Source: Antedon mediterranea
Lineage: Eukaryota; Animalia; Echinodermata
Assembly: GCF_964355755.1 (NCBI RefSeq)
Contig: NC_092671.1
Coordinates: 9,548,001-9,612,000, forward strand
Reading direction: 5' to 3'
Length of the DNA stretch: 64,000 nucleotides
Part shown: positions 1 through 13,800 of the stretch, piece by piece
Layout: each line of letters begins with the position of its first letter
Numbering within the stretch: the first letter of the stretch is position 1
Position numbers and translations under genes: made by a program
The notes under the pieces: model-generated
What the model saw: only the letters and a program-made list of their open reading frames with translations
Database searches by the model: none
What the model was told of the DNA's origin: nothing

Positions 1-258
1 AGGCCGCTACTATCGACTGCCAGGATTAAGTAAGCCAACTAAACCTTCACTTGACCACCAAGTCTCGGAAAGGCAAATTCACCTGTGCGCAGGCCCCCAT
101 CGATTCCGCTCTCTGATAATCCCACTACTCACTCAGCTCAGCCTGGGCTGACTGGATCACCCATATCCATTCATGTAAAACGATAAGGAATCACAACTCC
201 TACTCGGTATTATAATTAAAACAATACGCTACTTTATATTATAGCTGTTCGGCCTTAC

Positions 259-360
259 CTTTAGTTCACGATATTCTTCTTCAGAATAAGAAATGAAACA
301 TCAGACATCTACTACCAACCACCCACCTCGTTGTTGCTTAACGACTGTTTACTTGTCTGC
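259..360 (-). other. Probable non-coding first exon of a divergent gene lying left of the window
   Basis: Minus-strand donor AAG|GTAAGG at 259/258. Only a 15-codon ORF (MSDVSFLILKKNIVN*) precedes it. Head-to-head with HMG20A. The 5' boundary is approximate. Confidence 0.35.
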
Positions 361-390
361 TAAAAAAGTAAGTAGAAGTATTCATTGATG

Positions 391-423
391 ATTGGCCAGC
401 TGATCAATGTTATTATCACGTGA
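391..423. promoter_or_regulatory. Candidate promoter motifs: CCAAT box (ATTGG), E-box CAGCTG and TCACGTGA
   Basis: Three motifs clustered within 35 bp, just upstream of the putative minus-strand first exon. Motif match only. Confidence 0.3.
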
Positions 424-888
424 ACAAATAAGCATGGTACAGTACTTATCTAATGTAGATCTCAATATTCTTTTGGCAATATAGTTCAGCAATATATTAT
501 TACACTACATACATTAAATAGCACATAATATTCAAATACAAATTGTATAGACTATAAACTAACAATTTGTGGGTTTTTGTCTTATCAATTAAGCCTTTGT
601 TTGAGCATGGCATATGAGGGCGGATGTCATTGAAAATGTTCTCCTTTGAACAATATTTTTTTTATGAAACCAGTGCACTACGTATTCGAAAAATCGATAA
701 GGTGTTTGTAAATCAAATGAAACATTACATTCTTTTTTTTTCGTTGTAGATGGATTAATTTTTATTATTAGTTAAAAATAGGATGAGAACAACAAAGAGC
801 GTCAGTTCGCGTTCTGCCTGTGAGAACATAGTAACATATAATAAAAATATTATAATGAACGCAATAAAGAAAAAAAGTACGTACTTAG

Positions 889-922
889 CAAAGATCTTAT
901 AATCTATAGTATAAGATCTTTG
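889..922. mobile_element. 34-bp palindromic micro-MITE with 8-bp TSD (P-element-like)
   Basis: CAAAGATCTTATA-ATCTATAG-TATAAGATCTTTG with 13-bp perfect arms. Flanked by GTACTTAG at 881-888 and 923-930. CANRG termini and a 7-8-bp TSD are typical of P elements. Confidence 0.7.
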
Positions 923-1496
923 GTACTTAGCAAATTAGTGGTGGCGCTGTTTATGAATGCCCCACGCTCGAGATTTATTGTGGCCGAGTAGCTTGTGTTT
1001 TTGTTTACACACGAAGAACAAACAAAGTTGCACAGCATTTAGCTTGTAAAAGTAAGCTTAATATAACAATAAACTATTTACTGGTGCATTTATTATTATG
1101 AATATTAGAGCTACTTTTAGAAATATTAATGTTTAGTTTAGGTGAAATGAAGTAGATGAAAACAGGAGAAAGAAACTGAGCTTGCTAGTAGGCTAGCCAA
1201 CCATCACATGCACACGACGTCCAGACAGAGTCGGGAAGGCAGCCAACAATGAAGAAAGAATTCATCCAGCCTAGCTAGCCTAGGTGTATTTCCCCATGTA
1301 TTTCATTCACTTTACACTAATTAGCTAAGAAGAACCAGTCAGAAAAAAACTTAAAATGTCGGTATGGGTAAAACTATTTATAAAATATGATTATTTTCCC
1401 ATAGGCTACATTATTTTATTATTGATATTATTATTATTATTATGTAGGCCCTATTCTTGTTTTTAGTAGGTTTACCACAAATATAAATAAAGAACT

Positions 1497-4400
1497 ATGG
1501 ACCTGAGTGATGGGAACTCAAATCAAGGCTTGATGTCCAACGCGGGATCGTCTTCTCTTTTCAGCATAGCTGACCTGGATGAAATATCGAAAACGACATC
1601 TGATCTGGGCGTTGATACAAGGTGATTTGTAAGATTAATTAGCATAACAACAATATAGAGGTTAAAGTAATATTTTTATTTACCATACTCTTTAAATACT
1701 TTAGTGGGAAAATTGTCAATTCAGAAATATAATATGCAAGTCAAGTGTATGCATTTTATGTTTAATTGTTACTTTTTGTAATAATTTTTTGGGCCCAGAG
1801 AAGTACAGACAACTATTAATAACTATTAATTCTTTTATTTGCAGTTTTGGAACTTCTCATAGACATAATGTGGGGGCTTCTTTGCCTCAGTCACTCACAC
1901 ATCCAGAAATGATTACAGATATTTCACAAGGTATGTTATCAATAATTAATGCAATTGGAATGATGTTGAAAAGAACTACAAAGGAATGAGAAATTCACAG
2001 AAAGAGAAAAGCTGCGATTTCAGCCGAGACTTAAAGAGAGTGACAGATGTATGTAATTCATACAACAAATAACATTTTATTTTTAAATACCAAACAAGAG
2101 AAATGCAATAATATTTGTTTTCTTTTTAAAGTCGAATTACTGCAGCAAGATTCAACATCTCAAGATATTCCAGATACAAGCAAGGAAGATGTAAGACTTT
2201 TAATTTTAAATATTTTAATTTAGATTTAATTGACATGATTTTGAAAACACACATCATCAATGGTGTCTAAAGCTCTGTCTACACTATATACTGTCTACAC
2301 TGTATGTGACAAAAAATGCCCATTGATGTGCCCATACATGGACATGATGATGTCATATCACTACCATATTTGGTAGTTTGATAGATAGATAGACAGAGCT
2401 TAAGATTATATTTCATGTACTGTATACATAACATTGATGATTGAAAAACAATGTTGAGATGGTTGATAATACTGTTATTATATTATCAATATCATATCTT
2501 TATTTGGTAGAGTTTTACCAAAGCAAAAGGTGGATGGTCCAAGGGTAAGAAACGAAAGAAACAGATGAGGGATGTAAACGCACCTAAAGCACCTCTAACT
2601 GGCTACGTCCGTTTCATGAATGAAAGACGGGAGCAAGTGAGGCAAGAGAATCCCCAGGTGGCATTTGCTGAAATCATCAAGATGCTGGGTGCTGAATGGA
2701 GTAAAATGAGTTCAGTAGAGAAACAGGTATAGAGATCCAAATGCTTGTGATATGTAATGACCTATGAACTAAGAAAGTTTAGTTAATTCATTGTGTGACC
2801 TGTATGTAGGGATTTGTTATTCACCCTCCCTGATTTCTGAATCTATGCATTCATTCCTCTAACTCCTGTCCAAAGTTACCTAAAATAACTAAGCACGTCT
2901 GAACAGTTTCAAAACCAACCTGAAGACATTGCTATTCGCTGATGTACTCGCACGTTGTTAATGCACACCATAAGCTCCACATGGGTGAGGGATACCGGCG
3001 CTATATAAGTTTTCATTTATTATTATTATTAAGTCATAGTTGAAAATGGAAAAGATTTACCTTGCCTACTAAACCCCTGATTCCTGTACATAAATTTAAT
3101 ATCTTTGCAACAAAACAAATAATATTTTATCAAAACCTAAACTGAACAAACATCAAAAACTTTAGAAATACCTAGATGAAGCTGACCAAGACAAAGAACG
3201 GTACATGAAGGAGTTAGAACAGTACCAGCAAACTGAAGCATACAAACTGTTCACTAAAAAACAACAAGAACGTAAGAAGAAAGAGATGATGGACGAGACC
3301 GATGGGCATCTTAATGGATTAGAGGTAAATATTATTGGGGCTCTCGCAACTAATGGTTTAATGGTTTTAAATTTGTATAGCGCAAAATAAAAATAGTCTA
3401 TGTGCTGATTAACACAAGTGCAAAAAGAAAGAAAGTGTTATTGTTGAATAAACCAGGATCAAGCCCAACAAACCGAACAAACTGACCAAGAAACAGAAAA
3501 AAGTCACACTGTTACACTAACTTGTCAAGATAAGCTAGCTATTTATTTATTATAATGATGTGAGCATCTGACTATCCTGACTAAGAATGTGAAGAATTGT
3601 TTCCATGGTCAAAACAGCATCATAAGGACATCACTCTAAAGCCCAAATCCTACTGGACTTGACCTACTAATTGAAATTGTTACTGAACCCTTACAGTAGT
3701 TACAACTGTAAAATCTTTTGACCATTTCTTCAAATTCTCAAAAAGATGCACCATGTAAAGTAAATTTAATTACTATTACTGTATTTGTTACATTTTTTAG
3801 TACAATGATGACAACAAAATAGACACAGAACTCTCAACATTTGATGTCCCCATCTTTACTGAAGAATTTCTTAATTATAATAAAAGTAAGTAATGCATTT
3901 AAAAAATGGAAAACTCTATATATAAAGTCTTTCTCTAGTCATAGCTACTCCAAAATCAAAACACATTACTGTACATACATGACATAATTAAATAGAATCA
4001 GACTGGCATGTGAGGTGCATGGGTTTGAGACCTGTCTGTCCTTAGGCAAGATGCTTTAATCTCATTGCCTCGTCCTCTAGATGGGATGTAAGCTGGTTTT
4101 GTGTACATAACTTGGTACAATAGTAAGGGATCATCGTTTTAGCCGATGCACTGTGGCTGTAGTAATCGTAAATTTTCTCAATCGACGACAATTAATTACA
4201 TTTTTTTTCTTTTAGTCCGGGAAAATGAGCTTCGTCAGCTACGCAAGTCAATCACAGAATACGAGGAGCAGAATGCCATTCTGCAGAAACACATTGATAA
4301 CATGAGGTCGGCTATAGAGAAGCTAGAAACTGAGACTGTACAACAACGAAATAACCAGATGGCACTAAGACAACATCTGGAGAACTGGCGCACTGTTCTA

Positions 4401-5164
4401 ACTTCACATTTCTCTACAATTCCTTTACCAGGTACTTTGAATTATATTTTGAATGTTGAAAATGTATAGCATTGAAGAAAATAAAGAAACTATAATAATA
4501 GTAATAATAATAGTTCATTTTTATATAGCACATATAAGCAAGCTCTCAATGCGCTGCACACATCATTACCCCGGTCATTTTTTAAACATACTCCCATAAT
4601 AATGCAGCTAGTAATCAGCGCAAAGTTAGGTCTTGATATAACCGGTACCCATTTTATACACCTGGGTGGAGAGAGGCAAATGTAAGTAAAGTGTCTTGCC
4701 TAAGGATACAAGCAATAGTTGGATTCGAACCACGATCTCACATTTAATAATCCACGTCCAACACACTGCGCCACACGCCTTACATTATGTTAATTGCTGA
4801 AATAAAGTTTATTATTATTATATTATAATCCATACTCATACAAAATAAAGAAAAGAAAAATGTATATTCTTCAGCATAAATTTCATCTGGTTTCTTTTGT
4901 TTTGCAGGTACTAATGAGGTCCCCACAATCCACACCATCGACTCGTACATGACAAAGTTACATCAACAGATTCTAGACTCGCCACAGCAAAATGAAGGAC
5001 TAATCTCAAGCGTTAGAGAGATAGTAGCTAAACTCGATCTACAAAGGTGAGTGAGTTCCAATGAAAAAACTATGTTTCTTTTAATACTCTAAAATCATTA
5101 TCTATAACTATAAAACTCTGTCTACACTATCAAAAAATATGTTTTTAGTGACCCAAAGATGTGA
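1497..5164 (+). CDS. HMG20A: High mobility group protein 20A (HMG box plus coiled coil)
   Basis: Phase-consistent GT-AG exons: 1497-1621, 1845-1930, 2132-2190, 2511-2726, 3166-3324, 3801-3885, 4216-4431, 4908-5046, 5149-5164 (or read-through to TGA at 5050). Translation includes [37 protein letters not shown]...[42 protein letters not shown] and [10 protein letters not shown], all hallmark HMG20A/B motifs. Confidence 0.95.
2271..2400. mobile_element. PIF/Harbinger-type MITE, family A
   Basis: TIR AGCTCTGTCTACACTAT...TAGACAGAGCT, TAA on both sides. The core (GTGCCCATA...CACTACCATATTTGG) recurs at 9002, 19286, 26040, 57024 and 57393. Confidence 0.8.
2830..3030 (+). mobile_element. Decayed L2/CR1-type LINE (or SINE) 3' end
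   Basis: Ends in GGCGCTATATAAGTTTTCATTTATTATTATTATT, a typical L2-type terminus with (TAT)n tail. The 5' boundary is approximate. Confidence 0.45.
4010..4170 (+). mobile_element. SINE body fragment
   Basis: CCTTAGGCAAGATGCTTTAATCTCATT...AGATGGGATGTAAGCTG is shared with the SINE body at 33305-33355. A degenerate B-box (GGGTTTGAGAC) lies upstream. Confidence 0.5.
4490..4780 (-). mobile_element. tRNA-derived SINE with L2-like tail
   Basis: On the minus strand: A-box GTGGCGCAGTG, perfect B-box GGTTCGAATCC (4721-4731), body TCCTTAGGCAAGACACTT...CTCTCCACCCAGGTGTATAAAATGGGTACC, and tail GTGCTATATAAAAATGAACTATTATTATTAC. Confidence 0.8.
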
Positions 5165-7852
5165 AGACTGAGCTGAGGAAATGTTGTTGGAAGATAGGCA
5201 GTCATCACGTCTAATGAGAAAGACACTGCTGGTTTCTTGTGTACCATAGCTTGAGTGTATTCTGGGCAAACAGAAAAATAAAAGCACAAATCCTCACCGG
5301 AAAGTTCATGTTGTACATCACTATATCTTGCCTTCTACACCATGTACAGTATATAATATACCAATCTTAATTAGGAAGTTGTTTTACGCTTACCAACTGC
5401 AAACTAAGCTAAATTAACATTTACAGGCTAAGCTAACAAATGTTAAACTAGTGCTATGGTGTAAATATATTTAGGCTTGTAAAAGAAATATCATAGGGTA
5501 TAGTAAACGTTACAATATTAAAATCAAACATTTCACAGCTTTATGGTGCTAAAAATGTTTTTTTTAAATCGCAATAAAATGCCAACACCGGTCTAGTAAT
5601 AATTGTTAAGTCTGTCATTGCTTTAAGATGGATGTAGTATACCATACATACCTATAATCTCTTACAGCAGAGTAGACTTCTTGATCCTTATGTAAATAAA
5701 GTATCGTTATCAATGTGAATGTTTTGTTTATTTGTGACATTTAGTGTGGAAAAGCAAAGAGAAAGTTACATTGTTGGATGAAAATAAAGAAGAGTAAATT
5801 GTTTAACAAACATTACATTTATTTTTAGTTCCTCCATAAACGGCCTTATTCGGTAAAAATGACATTTCCAAAATTCCTGTGTATATTTCCAACTTTAATT
5901 GATCTTTAACATCAACGACACAAAGAGAGTGGTTGTCGACATAAATTTAAAAACAGGGCAAAATAGCACAGTAGCATCATAAGCAAGTACCATGCTGTAC
6001 TTTGTAACGCCAGTTTGAAATGAAGGTTTTTTCCAAATTTATCATCTGGATTATTCTCACAGTAGTATTAATAATGTAATGAAAGGTTTTTAATTTGTTT
6101 GACCTGAAACAAAAATTGCATGTGATTTGTAATCTCGGGAGAATGAAATGATTCAATGGTGCAGTGCCGGTTAGTCAGAAACATTAATTGGAGTCACACA
6201 ATGTGCTCAACATCCTCTCCCGAAGGAATGCTAACTGGGATAACATACATTGATAATCTCCAGGGAAAGTGAAAACAGGCAGAATTAGATGTATTGTACT
6301 CTTATATTCACACTTACTGGTTATTCTTAATGCAAACAATTGATTTAATACAAATATTGGTGTTGATTAGTTGGGTAACCAAGGGACTTAACAAAACACG
6401 CGGTTAGGGGCGCTAGAGCGTAAAATTCTATACAGCCAACATAGCCAATTATTAGTTATGAACCCCTTCATGAAGATGACCGGCAGTATCTTTCCCCCTC
6501 CCCTGTCTCGCGGCGCAGGGCTCTTCTGAATCGCTTGGCTCTGGTGATACAGCATAGGCATAGCCTTCCTAGCTAGAGGGCCTCGCATTTAAACGCCGCT
6601 TTAACACAACCATTTTAACCCAATAAAATGTTATTTCATTAAACATTAAAATTCCACGTTTAAGTGTAATTGTAACTGTATGTTTAAGGTTATATAATAT
6701 ATTCTTTCTAGTCGTTCTCCGTAAACGGGAAAATGGCAACTTTATTGTTCTCAAAAAGTTAAAGACAGAATTTCACGCTAAGCTCCGCCCACTTTGTTAA
6801 AGCTCATGAATAAATTATTCATATTCACCGTCCTATGGCTTCCCGTCATGTTTCGTAAAGTCCCTATTGTGACTTTATAACAACAGTGAACAAAGTGAGG
6901 GCTGAACTTAATTTGATATCCTATCTTTTTTATTTAGGGCGGAAAAAGGAGGATCCGCCCTGATAATTGTTCATAAAAATAAAGAAGAATAATTTAAAAA
7001 GTGTACTTTCAAATATGTGCCACATAAAAATGTGTTCAACAAAACCAAAAACTTACCAGAACAGATGGGTGTGATTGTTTTTATTTTATCACTTCTACAA
7101 TATTATTTACATAATAAATATGTTACAATTTTTTTTTCAAACCTGTAAAAGTTTCTACAAACATTTATCTACAACACAGCAAATTCGCTATCATACACTT
7201 AAGCACCTGTGGTGGTAAAGTGCGCTCTAGAAATCTGTATTATTAATATTATTCATTTTTAAAGTTTTCTCATTTTATATATATATATAATTATATATTT
7301 TTAAAATGTAATATTTTGTTTTTATTACATCATGTTTTTTTATAAAGAACCAAGATTGACCATACTCCTTGTGGGAACGAATAAAGATTATTACTGCATA
7401 CATATTTGTTTATTACCGTTTTACTGGTGTACTTGCAGTATTTACTTACTACATCATGAAAACAATGTAAAATTTTGTTTAATCAACTACTGTACTTGGT
7501 GACGTGTGTAAAAAATACAAAATTATTTTTTTATTATTGGTAATATAATGTGAGAAAGCCAGGGATACTAACACTGTGGGTCCTAAAACTTGTGTCTAGG
7601 AATGAGACCTTTTAAAAATAAACTGACAGTGCAAAGTTTTAATACATGTTATTAAATTTATTATATTACAGTATATATACTGCTAAATCCAGCAGACTGC
7701 CAGAATAGACAAAGGCATATTTGGGTTGGTCACTCCAGAGCTCGCAAAAGATCTACTCGCACTGCTCAGATAGAAACAATTCAGAAGTCTAAGGAGCTAG
7801 ATCTCTTCAAAACAGAGCATTCTATTAAATGTCAGATTGTACACCAAGCATG

Positions 7853-10800
7853 CTAACCAGCCAGTGATTGGTTATCCCCCTCTCCTTTCTCTGGTGGTTT
7901 GTAGTATGGGTCTCTAGCAAGCAATACTTCTTGTAATTTTACATATGTTTCATCTGTCTTCTTTACATCGTTTCCCTGGAAAATAGAATACTGTATATTC
8001 CAACATAACTGCCACAGAAGCTGTGCTTTTGCTAATGTAATAATTATAGTCTACAATCTATTCAAATACAGGTTAGCATATTTCTTTTCTTCAGTATATT
8101 CACTAGATAGGTAGATAGATATCTACTCCTAATTCTTTTTTTTTCTTAAAATGCTTGTTATGTTATGCATAGAGTATATTGAGTTTGTCAATGGTATAAA
8201 TCTTAACTTTAATGTCATCGTTCTATTAATTTGCATGACAGTGTACAGTAGTTTTTAATACGTTTTTATTTGAATTTGATCACAGAAGCTTAGAACGCAA
8301 CGCATGTATCATACATGCAAAACACACAGCTTGTATTTAAAAAATTCCACGTAAACAAATGGACGATGAATATCTCGAAAACTAATATCTCCTTAAAGTC
8401 ATCATAGATTGATTAATTGTATTATTATAAATTGGAATAAAACATTTGGACTAGTAATGTAGAAGCAGTAAGAAGCAGTGCATTTTAAACTTACGGTTAG
8501 AGACATTCTGAGAATTCCCTTCATAGCGGGACTCGGCGCCAAATTCAACAAGGTAATTTGATATTGCACGGCTAGTAACAAACCCTTCATTCCTGTATCT
8601 GTTATCTTATTACCTGAAAAAAAAGAAGTACTTTTTACTGCTTAAATGATATCAACACACAAAATAAAAACAACAATATACTGCAGTGGAAGTGCGTCCT
8701 AAACACAGCATCATTCTCTGGGCTATAATTGATTGATTTTAAATTAATTAAATAAACAGAGTTGGTGGTACTAACGAGATAAGTTGAGGTTAATTAGGCA
8801 TCGATTTCCTGGAATCCATAATTGGTTGTCCATGCTCTCTACTTGTTCCAATAATGGGTTGATGGCTTCTAAAATTTCAGGTGACTAGAAAGAAATAAAG
8901 AGGGTAACACATGATTAGGACATGTAGTAATATTGGTATCCTTTCACATTATGGTGGTATTTATTGTATAACCTTTCAAATACTGGTTTTAAATGTCATA
9001 AAGCTCTGTCTAAGCTATCTTAACTTTATGTGATGTGCCTAAATATATGGGGGTGATACGCCCAAATATGGTAGTGATATGACATCCTCATGTCCATATA
9101 TGGGCACATCCAATTTTTGAACATAAAGTTTGATATTGTGGACAGAGCTTTTGAATGCATAAAGACTGACAACAGTGACCTTTCCTTTTCATAACATACT
9201 ATTTAAAAAAATCATTCTGCACACGCACAGAAAAATATGAGTATATTCAGAATGTATTCATGTGGCACATCATGAAAAAGTCAACTGTGTTTTATGTTTT
9301 TATTTTTCTAAGAAGAGTATTCAGATTTATAATTCACAAGCATTTTCAAAATGATACATACATCTGATTCCGGCACCCTCTTGTCCTTTGAAGATGTTTT
9401 CTTTCCCTTGCTGGTCTTGGTGGACATCGTGTCGGCTACAAATGATGCTAAGTCAGTTCAGTATTTGTATAGATTTGTAGAGAAGAGGATAGAACATACA
9501 CAGCAAATAGGTTAGAGAATCACAGCAAACAGGTGCAGTTAGACTTTAATATGTGTGCATAACAGGAGTATAATTAGAAGGTACTTAAAAGATAGATTTC
9601 CCATTTCCATGCCCGATACTAAAAGAATCATATTTGCGCACTGCATGTAGACCTACCCATGTCAGTTAATGTTCAATCCCTCACATTTGCATACTTTGAA
9701 GACAGTTTTTTTTAAATATTAAAATTAATAGACCCTGAACACCATGTTCGAAGGGCACAACAAAACTACCTTAAGTATTGTGTATTTGTCAAATATCTTA
9801 TTGGGGTGTGCTTATATCCAATATAGGAATAAGGAACGTATGTTCTCATCAAAAATGCTGTACAAGAATGTTTCAAACCACAGTTATAATTTGAATTCCA
9901 TCAAACTAACTAAATATTTTTGTGCTGACAGAATTATAATCTACATGGGTGCATAGCGAATAAATAATGAATTCCTCCAATTAAAGACCACATGATGGTA
10001 CTAAGTGATCAGCTGAAGACGAGTGATGTCACATTCTCAAATGTTAGTCTTTAATTGGAGGTACTATGTGTGTTAGTAGTTAGAAGTTAAACTGTGCATT
10101 GAATATATTTTTTTCATACAATACAGGCACATTCTAATATGTACTGTCCCTTAAACAAAAATTGAAATTCAGTTTAAATAATGTCTTATGGACAACTCAT
10201 CAATCATTCAGAATAATAATAATAATTCAATAAATTCAGAAGATGTAAATATCTTTTCTTTTAAAACAAATCATCACAGCATCATCAAAGATTAATTAAA
10301 TGGTGGAACAAATATTAGTATTTTTTAATATAAAAATAATTAAAACTTGCTTGAACATGCTTGTTTTAAATGTTGTTAGAAGTACAGTAGGCCTATTGTT
10401 TTAAACTATAATTATAAATGATATTTGTAATATCAATCAAAAAACCTTTAAAAAATGCATTTATTTTCCATACTTTAGGCAAAACAAAGCGCGTGTAAAC
10501 CACAATTAAAGAACCCCTTAGAGGTACACCTTTAGGACTCAGTGTCCAATTATAGAGATATTTAATAGGGGTTTCCACTTTAACAAGGGTGTTCCAAAGA
10601 AGGGGTCCAAACTGTATTTTTCAATGTATATTTTTTATGTGCATATGAGACATACATAACTGGTGCAGAATGTTTTTTTACAAGGAAAGTGCAGTTATAT
10701 AAGGGAGGTATAAAATTAAGTACCTCCCTGGTTATATTTCCAGTGGGTGAACATGAGTAACAAGTGCTGTGACTCGACACATGAATCCAACAGCTAGGAG

Positions 10801-13800
10801 CTGTTATTTATTTAAATTAGATGCTCTTTGGAAAAAGTAGTAGGCTAAAATATAGTATTTGTTACTTGTCCAGATCTATTACATTTCAAACACAACCACC
10901 CCATGGATGGTTTACAAATTAAAATAAAATTCATTTATGTTAGTATAATTAAATTTACAGACAACACAAGAAAATGTTTAAATAAATTAAATACTGAAAA
11001 TTTACTGTAAATAGATCCAGATAAAAGAGAATCCCATAAAATTAAAAGAAAACTAACAAAAAAATTGTTAAATTAAATATTTTTAAATGTTTTACTGAAA
11101 AGCCAATCAACAATGAACATCCATGCCATCACATAACAGATGAATAATAAACATTAATAAATGATGAAAATTAATTTAATTCAATTAATGAAAAAAATGT
11201 ATATATCATGAATAATGGTGAAAAAGCGTTATTTGAGAATTAAAATGCGAATAATGAAAAAAATAATGTTGGAGGTTGTTGTACCATTAGCAGTTGGTTG
11301 AGACACAGCCCCTGCTAGTGAAGTTCGGCTTCCTCCACCTAACAAAATAGCGATTTATAGAGAAAGCAGAAAAAACAATCGTGAAAGTAAATTAAACAGT
11401 AAATTTTAATTGGCTTATAACATTCATTCATACTATTAACTAATTTTATTATTTTTTTATACTGGGCGATCTCTTCAGTCAAAGACTGGTCTCCCAGAGG
11501 GCCCAGTTATGATCAGTGGCTGTGATGTACTAGTACGCTGGGGTATAACCAACAACTCGTCTCGAAAGATGTACTAGGTTCTTTAAAGTGCACATGAGTT
11601 AGATGGTTTATATAGTCCTTATCCTAGAAGACTCGATCTACCACCAGAACCATAGAGTGAGTGAGCCTCGAACTCTTGCCAAAGTTATGGCTACGTTATT
11701 ACGTTTCTACTGTAATTAAGTTCGAATTGAAATTTAATCTTTGAAATAAATTTTCTAAAATGTATTTATATGTTTGGTTCATTGGGTTACTGTGGTGGTT
11801 TGGAAGATTTTTCTTATTTTGTTAATTATCAGCCCTTCATTACAGAATAAGGTGTCACACTTTCTTTTGTGTATAAAAGATAAATAAATAAATAATAATT
11901 ATGATTTACACATTCACATAAACAACACTGCCATACATTCACAATTCATCACATTTCATAAACTGATTTCATAAACAAATTCCAAAAACAGTCCCAAAGT
12001 ATCAAGAAAGAAAGCAATTAACAACAATATTCAGCCATACTAATCCACCAACAATACAAATAATTATTAAATAAAGTAAAATTATAATAAATTCTATAAT
12101 ATGTGTATCTATAATCAATAACCTTTATAATCCTAAATTACCAAAACAGTACATAAAAAGACTATGGAAATATCTAGTGGATGGCTTATACATTACACAT
12201 ACTGTATACTGTGTTACGACTCAAAAGTTGGATATACTGACTGACACTGCCACACAATGGAATTGTAGGGTTGAACAGATAGACAAACAGACAAAAAAAA
12301 ATCACAACCTATAAGGGAAATACAAAGGTAGGAACATCTGCAAGACTTGGGAGGATGCAGTGTGACAAAGTTGGTGATGGTAATCGTGATGGTGGTATTA
12401 TTTGTGAACACACTGGTTAATGTGACAATTTATTAAGTGACAAATCAATAGGACAATTCATGTTATTATTAGTCAATGGTGACATTATTCTATTTATAAT
12501 TTATTTTTAATAATTACAAATGACATAAAAGGTCAGTAACTTTAAAGGGTGATATGTTAGTCATGGTGATATGTTTTAGGATCATAATATTTTTTAAACT
12601 ATGAAATAAATATTTGTATATAAATGACATTTTATGGGATGACATTTTTAATACATTGAAATTGAATAATGATGACATTTTGTTGGGGGCCACTATGCGT
12701 GAATATGGGTTTTATGTGAATATTATAAAATAGGGAAAACAAAACTGGGGTAACATCAAACAGCCTACCTATTGAAGCCTTCAACAAGCCTGTAGGTACA
12801 ATATATAAAAATGAAATATATGATGATTTTTCTAAACAAATATCACTCTCCCATTGTAAGATTCACATCTATAATTAATTCTAAGTAAAAATTGCTTCTT
12901 TACCAATCCACTAACAAATCTATAAAGAATACTTTTCACATCTGTTTAAAGTTAAATTTTATTTTCCCATGGAGGGAGAGTTAGGAACATATTTCCTAAT
13001 CCTAACTTATTTCTCCATAGTTTTCCACCAATGTATGGTTTTTTAAAGAATACAAATTTATCCTGATTGACTTGTATCTCAGAGTACTGTATGTACTTCA
13101 GGTTTAGGTCATAAAACAACAATCGATTCTTGACCAAATAGATCCAATAGATAGATTGCTAGTTAAAAGTATTCAGCAACGAAACCATAAACAGATGTGA
13201 AAAGGCATTTTTTAAACAGTGAAGGTTGTTTTCAATACGCATGAACTTGTAGAAATAGACAAAAAAATAGGTAAAACAAAAAGCATGGATGAAAATAATG
13301 ATCAATGATAACAACAAACAATATGATAGTGATCATGATAATGATGATCAAGATAAAACAAAACTTAGTGCAACTAACTAATTACAACTACACAACCTAT
13401 CATAAAATTAAACAAAATGGTATGTATTCGAATTTCCCAAGTAATTATTATAAGGGAGCTTTCGATTTATGATGGACCTAGGAACAAGTTACTTTAGGCT
13501 TTCAATGTGCAAATGCAGGCAATTTGAGACATGCTTTCTCATAATATTCCTAGACATGGCATTTTGGTGGTCTGTCCAGGTGACCAACATCATGATAGGC
13601 CTAGTTGTTAAATTGAAAGCTTCCTGGGGTACACATATTATGTTTGATTACCTTATTTTCTGAATCATTCTGTTACAAAACACTCATCAGGAAATCAAAT
13701 TCTGACATACAAATTATGGGTTTTTTGTGTGAAAATTATATTCCACACAATATGATATATTTAAAATTTAACAGTCACTCTTAATTTGTGTTTAACCTAC

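Noticed and set aside
4700-4780. tRNA genes (also 53360-53415, 55000-55064, 60290-60315)
   Set aside because: Only A/B-box remnants without a closable cloverleaf; these are SINE heads.
5820-6105. Minus-strand coding-looking fragments (FYRIRPFMEELK; YCENNPDDKFG)
   Set aside because: Faint resemblance to piggyBac or kringle motifs, but too short and interrupted by stops to support a call.
6388-6800. ORFs and a weak inverted repeat between HMG20A and LRRC71
   Set aside because: The ORFs lack recognisable motifs. The inverted match (AGCGTAAAATTCT / AGAATTTCACGCT) suggests a TE remnant, but ends and TSD could not be defined.
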